IMG/VR virus record: IMGVR_UViG_3300011438_000026 | Span: 1-37,207 of that record | Source: a virus | Taxonomy: Duplodnaviria; Caudoviricetes | DNA length: 37,207 nt | Reading direction: 5' to 3' (one strand) | Part shown: in pieces, positions 17,617-25,848 of the stretch | Numbering within the stretch: position 1 is the first letter of the stretch | How the letters are laid out: every line of letters begins with the position of its first letter | Translations under genes and position numbers: made by a program | Notes under the pieces: generated by a model | Told to the model about the DNA's origin: nothing | Database searches by the model: none | Seen by the model: the letters and a program-made list of their open reading frames with translations, nothing else

Positions 17617-19015
17617 CCGTTGACGATTCCTGACCTTGATGACGGCGTAGGTAAGCCTCAAACGCGGCTTGCGCCGTCATCTTTTTATGCACCCGGTCGA
17701 GCTTCATTTCGTCGACTGTGTCCGCTGCCGTACAGACACGCACCACCACTGATTTATTTTGCCCGGAACGATGCAGACGAGCGATTGTTTGCTCCCACAG
17801 CTCAGGCGACCAGGTGGGGCAGATCCAGGCCATATCCGAGCCGCCGTGTTGCAGGTTCAGACCGTGGCCGCCCGACGCCGGATGCATCGCCATGAAAGGT
17901 AGTTTGCCAGCGTTCCATTGGGTGATGTTGTGATCAGATGCTTTGTCGGTGACCCCGTCACCGAGGTACGGAAGATCCTCGCCAAGCAACCCGCGCAGCA
18001 TTTCCAGATCCTCGCGATATTCATAAATGAACAGCACTGGCCCCGCCGCATCGTCGATAATGTCCTGTGCCCACTGCTCCTTTTCCGGGTGGAGCCGGAT
18101 GGTAGCACCGTCGTCGTAGACGAAACCGTTGGCGATCTGCGCCAACTTGCCGGTGGCAACGGCAGCGGTGGAAGCCAGCACGATGCCGTTGTCGTCTCGG
18201 AGCATCAGCTTCTCCTCCATGTCGTTGTATTGCTTGCGGGCACTCGGTGGCAGCTCGACCCGGTCGAAAAGAATCGACAGCTCCGGCAGCTGCGGCAGCT
18301 CGTCGTCGCGAAGGGTGACGCAAAGCGGTGCCAACTGGCGGTTGATGACTTCCTCCGCTCCCGGCAGCGGCGCCCATGTGTAGCCCTGGTAATCCAGCGG
18401 ATAAAACCTGTCTCGGCGCCAGCGGTAGAACGACTTACCCCAGAGCCGCGCACGGGTTACCACCGTGGCCGGCATGAACAGGTCTTCGGGACCAGACGGC
18501 CGCAACGTGCCGGTCAGGCCCCAGATCATCTGCCACCGCTTGGCGTAGCGCAGCAACCGCCGCGCCCGCACACCGCTGGGCTTACGCAGCCGCGACACCT
18601 CGTCGATCACCAGCAAATCAAACAGCCGTGAATCGTCCGGCAGCTTGACCAAGGCGTCAACCAGCCACTCGACGATGTCGATGCCGACAATGGTGATGTC
18701 GAACACGCCGGCGTGTGCTTCAGCCAGGCCGATCAAGCGTTGCTGCGGTGTGCCGCTCAGCACCTGATAGGACAGGCCCTTGGTATGCGCCCAGAGCGCG
18801 ATCTCGTCCGGCCAAACCATGCGCGCCACTCTTTTCGGCGCGATCACCAACACATGACGAATATGCTTGTCGCGGATCAGCTCCTCGATCGCGGTCAGCG
18901 CCGCGACGGTCTTGCCGCCACCCGGCCGCACCACCGCGATCTTCTCGTCGTTCTCATAGAGCGCGGTGGCAATGCGGTGCTGGTAGGGACGCAGCTCTGA
19001 TTTCTCGCGCATCAT
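17606..19015 (-). CDS. SNF2-family (SF2) DNA helicase
   Basis: LRPYQ, GGGKT (Walker A), VIAPKRVA, LVIDE, GLTGT, HPASGGHGLNLQ, QTIARLHRSGQ; start placed at the ATGA overlap at 19015. Confidence 0.92.
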   Translation of the reverse strand: MMREKSELRPYQHRIATALYENDEKIAVVRPGGGKTVAALTAIEELIRDKHIRHVLVIAPKRVARMVWPDEIALWAHTKGLSYQVLSGTPQQRLIGLAEAHAGVFDITIVGIDIVEWLVDALVKLPDDSRLFDLLVIDEVSRLRKPSGVRARRLLRYAKRWQMIWGLTGTLRPSGPEDLFMPATVVTRARLWGKSFYRWRRDRFYPLDYQGYTWAPLPGAEEVINRQLAPLCVTLRDDELPQLPELSILFDRVELPPSARKQYNDMEEKLMLRDDNGIVLASTAAVATGKLAQIANGFVYDDGATIRLHPEKEQWAQDIIDDAAGPVLFIYEYREDLEMLRGLLGEDLPYLGDGVTDKASDHNITQWNAGKLPFMAMHPASGGHGLNLQHGGSDMAWICPTWSPELWEQTIARLHRSGQNKSVVVRVCTAADTVDEMKLDRVHKKMTAQAAFEAYLRRHQGQESSTATA

Positions 19016-19365
19016 TTGCCCTCGAATATACGGCTGCGCCACACCGTAAGCGGCGCCGCATGGCGCGATCGGCGACGTGATGGCACTCCAGGGACACCGG
19101 CTTTTTCGCACATGCCTTCTTTAGCGGCCTTATTCATGACCGGACCCATGGCGCGATGTTCATGCGTATGTGGGCGCTTCCATTCTGGTTCGGCGAAGTA
19201 CAAGTCGTAAACATCGTCGGTGTTAAAAATCAGCTTGACCCGGCACACATCCCAAATCAGGTCGAGCATGTGCTGGATCCACACCTGGTTGGCGTTCTTT
19301 TCAACTTGCTTCATGGCAGCGCGCTTGGCGCGCTGGGCCGGATCTTCGTTGGTTGGCCCTCTCAT
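19012..19365 (-). CDS. Phage hypothetical protein (possible winged helix)
   Basis: ATGA overlaps on both sides; FNTDDV..PHTHEHRAMGPVMNKAAKEG..VWRS pattern. Confidence 0.65.
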   Translation of the reverse strand: MRGPTNEDPAQRAKRAAMKQVEKNANQVWIQHMLDLIWDVCRVKLIFNTDDVYDLYFAEPEWKRPHTHEHRAMGPVMNKAAKEGMCEKAGVPGVPSRRRSRHAAPLTVWRSRIFEGK

Positions 19366-19799
19366 ATCGCACCCGCCCTCCTCGCCAGATCGCGGATCCA
19401 AACCCACTGCTTGTCGGAAAATAAAATCTCATCGTAAATGTCGGCGCGGTCCATCAAGCCGGCGAGAAAGCCGCGCGAGCGATCGTTGAGCGGGCTGCGC
19501 AGAATAATCTGCACCAGCTGCCGCAGCTCGGTCGCGGTCATGTACTTCTGGTTTGGATCGCGTTTGGGCTTGGGCGGCGGCGGCGGTGGAGGTGGCGCAT
19601 ATGAACGCCCCGCCGGCTGGCCGATCGAGCCGACCACGTCGTGCCAGTCGAGGCCGTTTTCCTTCAACAGGTTGGTGATCATGCCGGCGGCGGATGCCCG
19701 CTCGCCATCGTGGGTGGAGCCGAGCATCAACATCAGCTTGTCGAGCCGGCTGCGCACTCCGGGCGGCAGCGGGCGCACATTGGTTTGCGCGCGCATCAC
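19362..19799 (-). CDS. Hypothetical protein
   Basis: LDKLMLMLGSTHDGERASAA N-domain, poly-Pro linker, SDKQWVWIRD C-domain; coupled to the polymerase stop. Confidence 0.65.
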   Translation of the reverse strand: MMRAQTNVRPLPPGVRSRLDKLMLMLGSTHDGERASAAGMITNLLKENGLDWHDVVGSIGQPAGRSYAPPPPPPPPKPKRDPNQKYMTATELRQLVQIILRSPLNDRSRGFLAGLMDRADIYDEILFSDKQWVWIRDLARRAGAI

Positions 19800-21952
19800 T
19801 TACCCTCCCACTTGGAATAATACGGCTGGATGGTTTCCTCCGACATCAGCGGCAGGCCGTCGGTCCAGTCGAAACCCTCGCGCATGATCCCGCGCAGCAT
19901 AGCCACGGCACTTTCGGCGCGATCTTCCGGCACCTCGACCAAAATTTCATCGTGACTGTGGAGCCGCACCGGCAGATCGGTCTTTTCCAGCCGCGCCAAG
20001 GTGCCGCGCAGAATGTCAGCGGCGGTGGCCTGCACCACGTTCTCGCACAAGGTGCCGTGCCAGATCTTGGACCGGCCGTAGCCCCTGGAGAACCGCAACT
20101 GGACCGACTGGCCGATCACCTTATCGTCGTCGTCCAGCTCGTCGACCGTCTCGTACTTGATGCCGCGGTAGGCGAGACAGCGGCCGGACGGCAGCTGGCA
20201 GTACAACGTGCCTTTGAGGATCTGCGGCAGGTAGATGTAGGTCAGCCGGCCGACCGCTTGGGGCTGGCCTGGCTGCTCCAGCGCCCGGTTGGCGGCACCC
20301 CACAGGCCGTAGGAAGAATCCTCGTCGTGCTTGCCCCAAAACCGGACGCACCAGGGATTGGCTTGGCGCCACTGCGCGACCGCTTCCTTGGCTTCGTGTT
20401 CCGGTAAGTAGAGGCCGTAATTGGCGCCCATGTTGGCCAAGGCGCCAACGCCGCCGCCGAAGCCGAGTGCTAATTCGGCGACTTTGCCACGCTGCCGTAG
20501 CGATTTACTGATTTCTGCCACGGCTACGCCGGACATGGCGGCAGCGGTGCGGGTGTACAGGTCCGGCAGCGAGGGGTTGGCGTCGATGTCGCGGAAGATC
20601 TGCAACCGCTTTAGGGCGCCCTCGGACTGTGGGCCGACCAGCCACGGCAATATTCGCGCCTCAATCTGCGCGAAGTCGCTGACCACGAACTGATTCGCGT
20701 CACCGGCAACAAAAGTGGGGCGAATCAGCAACGCCAGCTTGCGCAGCACCGGCGTGGCGTCGCCAAGCCGGGCCAGGCCGTCGTAATCGATGCCAAACAG
20801 GATCTCATCGATCGCCTCATGTTCGTAAGGCAAAAACGACCGCGCCAGGTTCTGGATCTGTACACCGCGGGAAGAGAACCGGCCAGTCTGCGGGGCGCCG
20901 TTGAACACGTATTGCCCGTAAACCGCGCCATCGACCTCCTGAGCGAGAATTTTGCTGTACTTGGCCGGTGTGGTCGAGCCGCCGTACAAACGGATCTGGA
21001 GCGCGCGCAGCGCCCGGTGGTGGCCTATCGCCGTGCAGTAGGGGATCAGCTTCTCGATCCGGGAGCGGGTCAGGCTGTACTTGGCCGGCTTGGTGATGGC
21101 GCCGGATTCCTCGTCCTCCTCTTCCTCCCGCTTGGTCAGGATCTTCATGCCGTCGCCATCGCCCGGCAGCTGGTGGCGCAGCCATTGGATCAGCGGCTTG
21201 ACCTGGGTGACGCTGGTTACGGCACCCTCGGTGATCTCGCGCAGCTCGTCGCCGCCACGGGTCTTGGCGGTGCCGGCAAGCCGGGCCGCCTTCCTGGCGA
21301 ACTTTACATCGACGCCGATGCCGCGGTCGTTGATGGCCTCGGCCGCCCAATACTCTTGCCACTCCCGCTCCGGCAGCTGCCGGGTTCTGAGAAAGAGGCT
21401 GCGCATGGCATCGATGTCGCCGATCGCATAAGCGCAGAACAGCCGCCATTGCGCCGGATGGCTCCGTGGGGTCGCCGTCGAATCCGGCAGGCAGAACAGC
21501 TTGATGTAGGCGCCGCCGTCCTCGACCTTGAGCGTCGAGCCGCTGGCCTTGCAGGCGCCAGCCAGGTCTGGCGGCAAGCCCGCGGCAGTGGCCTGCACCG
21601 AAGGGTCGATCACCATGTCCGGCCGCAGTGGCGGGGCGTCGCGCAGGGCGAAGTTCCAGACGGCGCGATCGAACCCGGCGTTGAACGCCGCGAACACGCC
21701 GTCATCGTACCAGGCGCGCTGGTAGAACTCAGTGAAATCCAGCGGCAGGTGGTGCCAGCTCAGTGGCGCGCCAGGCTCCGGCGCCAGGATCAGTTTGGTT
21801 GGCTGGTGGCCGACCGCATAAGTCAGGATGATCGCCGCGGCATCGTCATCGCAGGCGTAGCGGGTGGCGCCGGCCTTTTGCAGGTCTTCGCCCGACTTCG
21901 TTTCGAAGTCGAACCAGCAAATGTTGTTGGTGTCGAAGGTGCGGGCGGTCAT
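19796..21952 (-). CDS. polA: Phage DNA polymerase, family A, with 3'-5' exonuclease domain
   Basis: ExoI FDFET, ExoII FNAGFD, ExoIII YAIGD; TGRFSSRGVQIQN; motif A SDFAQIEAR; motif B RQRGKVAELALGFG; motif C HSHDEI; start placed at the ATGA overlap at 21952. Confidence 0.95.
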   Translation of the reverse strand: MTARTFDTNNICWFDFETKSGEDLQKAGATRYACDDDAAAIILTYAVGHQPTKLILAPEPGAPLSWHHLPLDFTEFYQRAWYDDGVFAAFNAGFDRAVWNFALRDAPPLRPDMVIDPSVQATAAGLPPDLAGACKASGSTLKVEDGGAYIKLFCLPDSTATPRSHPAQWRLFCAYAIGDIDAMRSLFLRTRQLPEREWQEYWAAEAINDRGIGVDVKFARKAARLAGTAKTRGGDELREITEGAVTSVTQVKPLIQWLRHQLPGDGDGMKILTKREEEEDEESGAITKPAKYSLTRSRIEKLIPYCTAIGHHRALRALQIRLYGGSTTPAKYSKILAQEVDGAVYGQYVFNGAPQTGRFSSRGVQIQNLARSFLPYEHEAIDEILFGIDYDGLARLGDATPVLRKLALLIRPTFVAGDANQFVVSDFAQIEARILPWLVGPQSEGALKRLQIFRDIDANPSLPDLYTRTAAAMSGVAVAEISKSLRQRGKVAELALGFGGGVGALANMGANYGLYLPEHEAKEAVAQWRQANPWCVRFWGKHDEDSSYGLWGAANRALEQPGQPQAVGRLTYIYLPQILKGTLYCQLPSGRCLAYRGIKYETVDELDDDDKVIGQSVQLRFSRGYGRSKIWHGTLCENVVQATAADILRGTLARLEKTDLPVRLHSHDEILVEVPEDRAESAVAMLRGIMREGFDWTDGLPLMSEETIQPYYSKWEGK

Positions 21953-22254
21953 CGCACACGCCCCGAAAACAGACATGACCGGCAGCCTTTGCCGGCACAC
22001 TTCGGGCATAGCGGCTTGGCCATTTGCTCGATCATGTCATCGAACTCAAACAGCACATTGCGGGCTTCGTGTTCGGGCGTCCACGTATCCCCTGGGTAAA
22101 CCCAGGGCCTTGCCGGCCCTGGGTAAACCCAGGCGCAGCCCAGCCCGCGCACGGTTACGCTCTCCTTGTTGATCCAGAGCCGGCCGCGCCACTCCGGGTG
22201 GGCGTCGAGCAGCAATTTGCGCAGTCTGGCCCGGTGAGCGGCGCGTGTGAGCAT
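21949..22254 (-). CDS. Hypothetical protein with C-terminal CxxC/CxxC Zn finger
   Basis: CPKCAGKGCRSC; internal WVYPG duplication; coupled to the polymerase start. Confidence 0.55.
   Translation of the reverse strand: MLTRAAHRARLRKLLLDAHPEWRGRLWINKESVTVRGLGCAWVYPGPARPWVYPGDTWTPEHEARNVLFEFDDMIEQMAKPLCPKCAGKGCRSCLFSGRVR
22090..22133. repeat. Two direct copies of a palindromic 17-mer, 27 bp apart
   Basis: CCCTGGGTAAACCCAGG at 22090-22106 and 22117-22133; each is CCTGGGT-AA-ACCCAGG. Confidence 0.85.
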
Positions 22255-22283
22255 GGCAAGGCATTCCCTGGGATGAGGGGGAA

Positions 22284-22326
22284 GGGGTGGCCAAAATAGG
22301 GGGGTGGGTTTTAGCCACCCCCCCTA
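22284..22326 (-). terminator. Terminator-like hairpin with a competing alternative stem downstream of the SSB gene
   Basis: Minus-strand RNA UAGGGGGGGUGG-CUAAAAC-CCACCCCCCUA-UUUU; the same 5' arm can instead pair with UUUUGGCCACCCC. Confidence 0.6.
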
Positions 22327-22335
22327 CTGAAGGAT

Positions 22336-23115
22336 TTAGCCGAGCGGCGGCGCCGGGCGGCGGCGCTGCCCGGACGCGCGGGCCGGCGCAGGCGCCGGCT
22401 CGTCGTCCGGCGCGGTTGACGGTGCGTCCGCCACCAGTGGCGGCTTGACCGGCCGGCCGTTGCTGGCCGGAGCCGGCTTGGGATCCGGCGACGTCGCGCC
22501 GCCCTCCAGCTCGCCGTTGAAGTTGGCCCAGCCGACCACTTCGAAGATCGGGTTGTTGATCCAGCCGTAGTCGGCATGCTTGTACCGCTCCGACTTGAAC
22601 TGGATTACCGGGCAGGGATAGGCGCGGTTCTTGCGCAGCTGCGCCTTGATCTCGTTCACCAGACTGTCGAACCCCTTCAAGGTGCCGCCGCTGCTGTTCT
22701 TGAACTGCACCTCGACGCCGGCATCCTCGCCGTTCAGACACACAGCTTCAAAACTGCGCTGCTCGGCGAACGGAAAGCCCTCGATCGGGTCCGGCTTTTT
22801 CGGCTTCGGCTCCGACATCGGGCACATCACCTCGCCCAATCGCTCGTTCTTCCTAGTCCCCTCGTAACGCGACCAGCAGACATAGCCGTGGCAGATCGAT
22901 AAGAGGTTGATCGCCCAGTTGGAGCCGACCTGCATCGGGTCGTCGGCCTGGCCGATGGTCCAAAGGCCGTCGGCCTTGCCAAGCTTGATCAGATCCTTGC
23001 CGCCGCCGGGCACGTTGGTGGTGGCCTGCGATTCCTCGATCCCGGCCAGCAGCCGGTTGGCGAGGTCTTCAGTGAGCGCAGTCGAGCCTAAGCTTCGCTT
23101 TACGATGTCATTCAT
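22336..23115 (-). CDS. Putative single-stranded DNA-binding protein
   Basis: Position between the DUF2800 nuclease and Pol A; beta-rich with HGYVCW, PVIQF..ERYKHADYGWINNPIFEVVGW and a flexible tail; AGGAGAGG RBS before ATG 23115. Confidence 0.65.
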   Translation of the reverse strand: MNDIVKRSLGSTALTEDLANRLLAGIEESQATTNVPGGGKDLIKLGKADGLWTIGQADDPMQVGSNWAINLLSICHGYVCWSRYEGTRKNERLGEVMCPMSEPKPKKPDPIEGFPFAEQRSFEAVCLNGEDAGVEVQFKNSSGGTLKGFDSLVNEIKAQLRKNRAYPCPVIQFKSERYKHADYGWINNPIFEVVGWANFNGELEGGATSPDPKPAPASNGRPVKPPLVADAPSTAPDDEPAPAPARASGQRRRPAPPLG

Positions 23116-23175
23116 AATCTGTCCTCTCCTGTTCATGGCACCGGCTCGATCGAGCCGGCGTAGTTTGCGTCGCAA

Positions 23176-24444
23176 TTATCGTTGTGACGCAATTTGCTTG
23201 AGCGCATCCATCAACTCGGTCGCAGCCTTGGCGCGATCGATGCGCGGCGCCGGGTCGCTGTCCGGCGCAATGACGGTTTCGTCAGTCTCTGGGGTGTAGC
23301 GCAAGGTGTCGGGGATCTTGACGCCGAGCTTTTTGGCGACCTTGTCGGTATGACCGAATGTCTGCAACTTCTCTTGCCAGATATCCTCGTCGGCAAAACC
23401 CAGCCGCTTCAGATTGAACGCCACGGTGTCGCTGTCGATCCACTGGCGCAGCTTGGTCTTGAGCTTGAGCTTCCAGCCCGGCACGGTGCCGCCGTTCTCC
23501 AGATAAGAGTGAACCTGTTCGTCGACTTGTTTCTTATAGTCGGCGGCCAGATCGGCCAGGTACTTGGCCTTGGCCAGAAACTCACCGTAAGCGGCCGCGT
23601 TACCGTCGTCGACTACGGAAGCCGTCAACTGCGCCGGCATGATTTCCATGTTGACCAAATCAAACAGCGGCTTGGTGTGCTCGGGGCAACACGGCCGGGC
23701 CGGGCACCAGCGGCAATGCTCGCCGGCTTGCAGCGGCGGGTTCTTGCCGAGCGCCTTGATAATCGCGTGGTCCATGTCCTCGATAAACATCTTCACTTCG
23801 GTGCGGGTGATCTGCGTGTGCGTCAGCGGCTCGCTGGTGCGCGGCTGGATGATGGCGACCGCCAACCGCTTGCCGTGGAAGATCTTGGCCGGCAACGTTT
23901 CCATCGCGCCGGCAAAATAAAACATCAATTGCGGGTTAACCCGCTCACCTTGCTCGTCCTTATAGACAGCGCGAACCGCCACGCCCTGGCCAAACTTCCA
24001 ATCCGCCATCAACACTGTCTTGCTGTTCGCCAGCAGCAAATCGCAGGTGCCGTAGGCGCCCGGCACCGAGGGAAACTTCACTTGCAGTTCGTTGGCGACC
24101 ACAACAAAACCGCCGCCATACTCGTCCATCAAATCGTAAAGATTATTGATCGCTGGAATTATCGAATCGTCGAGATGATGCTGCTCTAGAACGCGATCGA
24201 GGAATATAACGCCGAGCAAACTGCGCGCGGTGTCGATCATGTCGTCCGGGTCGTCGGGTAAAACCTCCTGGCCATATTTAACCAGCAACGCATTCATCAC
24301 CGTGTGCATTGCCGAACCGTAGTTGGCATATTCACTGGAGATCGCGGCTTGCTCTGGAATGCGCTGCAACAGCTTGAAGCTGCCGGGGCAGTGCAACATG
24401 CGATCGGCGGTCGAGCCGCCGACAAGATTGGAGTGCAGCGCCAT
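23176..24444 (-). CDS. DUF2800-type Cas4-like PD-(D/E)xK exonuclease
   Basis: GGSTADRMLHCPGS, YGSAMH, GTCD..MADWKFGQG, NPQLMFY, IIQPR, GEHCRWCPARPCCP (Fe-S cysteines). Confidence 0.88.
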   Translation of the reverse strand: MALHSNLVGGSTADRMLHCPGSFKLLQRIPEQAAISSEYANYGSAMHTVMNALLVKYGQEVLPDDPDDMIDTARSLLGVIFLDRVLEQHHLDDSIIPAINNLYDLMDEYGGGFVVVANELQVKFPSVPGAYGTCDLLLANSKTVLMADWKFGQGVAVRAVYKDEQGERVNPQLMFYFAGAMETLPAKIFHGKRLAVAIIQPRTSEPLTHTQITRTEVKMFIEDMDHAIIKALGKNPPLQAGEHCRWCPARPCCPEHTKPLFDLVNMEIMPAQLTASVVDDGNAAAYGEFLAKAKYLADLAADYKKQVDEQVHSYLENGGTVPGWKLKLKTKLRQWIDSDTVAFNLKRLGFADEDIWQEKLQTFGHTDKVAKKLGVKIPDTLRYTPETDETVIAPDSDPAPRIDRAKAATELMDALKQIASQR

Positions 24445-24506
24445 TGTCGTTTCCTATTCTCTTCTCTTCTAATCTGTTTGCAGCGCGTATCAGGACATAG
24501 ATCGTC

Positions 24507-24797
24507 ATGGCTGTCAAATTATCTGTGAGAGAGAACGCGATCGAGCGGCAATTGCGCGAGCGGGTCGAGGCGCTGGGCGGCGAGTGCATCAAAACCACGG
24601 TCATAGGACATCGTGGGTTCTTCGACCGGCTGGTGGTGCTGCCGGGCGGCCGGGTCATATTCGTCGAGGTGAAGCGGCCGCGCGGTGGCAGAACCACGAC
24701 CCACCAGATGTTGTGGCATGCCCGGTTCGACACACTAGGGCTAGCGATTGCAGTGGTGAAGAACCAAGAGGATATTGATCGCTTGCTGAAAAGCTAA
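24507..24797 (+). CDS. VRR-NUC domain nuclease (Holliday junction resolvase-like)
   Basis: ENAIE..VEALGG..K...GFFDRLVVLPGGRVIFVEVKRPRGG..HQ. Confidence 0.9.
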   Translation: MAVKLSVRENAIERQLRERVEALGGECIKTTVIGHRGFFDRLVVLPGGRVIFVEVKRPRGGRTTTHQMLWHARFDTLGLAIAVVKNQEDIDRLLKS

Positions 24798-24829
24798 AGG
24801 CCGAGGAGGTGGCAATCCTCCCCGGCCTT
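24797..24829 (+). terminator. Stem-loop between the VRR-NUC and primase genes
   Basis: AAGGCCG-A-GGAGG / CCTCC-C-CGGCCTT inverted repeat with a 7-nt loop; weak U tract. Confidence 0.4.
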
Positions 24830-24865
24830 ATCTGAAGCCCAGTCATCCCTGAAAGGACATGCAGT

Positions 24866-25837
24866 GTGAACAAGTTTTACCAATCCGAGCCGGCGGCGCA
24901 AGCAGAACAATTGCAGCCGAAGCCAATCCACGCCTACCGCGAGATATGGCGGCGGATCCGCGACAATGGCTACGACGTGATCCCCCTGCGTGGCCGCGAC
25001 GGGCCGTTCCGCGGCTGGCCTTCTCAACCCAATGACGATGCGGCGATCGCCACCTGGCGCGGCCGGGCCGCCGGCATCCGCATGTTCCACAGCACGGCCT
25101 TTGTGATCGACCTGGACGTGCGCGACTTAGGCGTACGCCAGGCGCTGCTTGGCGCCTTGGCGCGGCGCTGGCCGGACTTCATGGCCGAGTGCCTGCGGCG
25201 GACCTCCGGCGGCACGACCCTGGCCTTGATCGGGCAGGTGGCGACGGCGCGCAAGCGGCTGTGGACGGCCCGGTTTAAGTCGGGGCCGAAACCGGAGGAT
25301 AAGCCGCACCTGGTGGAGTATTTCGCCGGCAACGACAAACGCTACGTCGCGGTGCATGGATTCCACTCGCCGGGCCGGATCTATGGCTACCAAGGGCGAT
25401 CGATCACTGAGGTGCCGCTCGATCAACTGCCGTGGTTTCCCGAAGCGGATATTCCCTTGATGATCGCCGAGTGCGAGCGGGTGATGAGCGGATTAGGTCT
25501 GGAGCAGATCGTAATCCCGCGCGAGCATCGTCCGGGCGAGCATATCTACGACCTGAAGCCCGAAGATGTCCTGGTGCTGTCGGACGGCGAGCGGATCGCG
25601 CTGGAGGAACTGGAAAAGCGCGCCGGCACCCGTAGAATCAAGGCTTACGCGAATATCTGGGATCCGCAGTCCAAGACCAATGACCGGGTATTGGTGAATA
25701 TATCCGGCAGTGTGGGCTTAACCCTTTGGGACACCAAAACCGGCGTCTCGCACCGCTGGGCCAAGCTGGCGCCGGATGAAGACAGCGAGTTTCAGCAGCA
25801 ATTGCGCGAATTGATGCGCGATTTCAAACACCTTTAG
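24866..25837 (+). CDS. Bifunctional DNA primase/polymerase (Prim-Pol, AEP superfamily)
   Basis: GYDVIPL..GP..GW, GIR..FVIDLDV (DxD), RRTSGG, YVAVHGFHSPGRIY; GTG start after AAAGGA. Confidence 0.8.
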   Translation: MNKFYQSEPAAQAEQLQPKPIHAYREIWRRIRDNGYDVIPLRGRDGPFRGWPSQPNDDAAIATWRGRAAGIRMFHSTAFVIDLDVRDLGVRQALLGALARRWPDFMAECLRRTSGGTTLALIGQVATARKRLWTARFKSGPKPEDKPHLVEYFAGNDKRYVAVHGFHSPGRIYGYQGRSITEVPLDQLPWFPEADIPLMIAECERVMSGLGLEQIVIPREHRPGEHIYDLKPEDVLVLSDGERIALEELEKRAGTRRIKAYANIWDPQSKTNDRVLVNISGSVGLTLWDTKTGVSHRWAKLAPDEDSEFQQQLRELMRDFKHL

Positions 25838-25848
25838 GGAGGCGACCG

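Noticed and set aside
20819-22099. 426-aa plus-strand ORF, and similar long ORFs at 23194-24189, 5366-6571 and 8371-9507
   Set aside because: Antisense or alternate-frame shadows of well-supported genes; expected in high-GC DNA and lacking recognisable motifs.
23176-24444. Cas4-like nuclease as evidence of a CRISPR-Cas system
   Set aside because: It sits in the standard phage replication context; there are no other cas genes and no repeat-spacer array.
14310-24494. 11-mer CGCGTATCAGG present in two intergenic regions (14310-14320 and 24484-24494)
   Set aside because: Many chance 11-mer matches are expected in 37 kb and I found no third copy.
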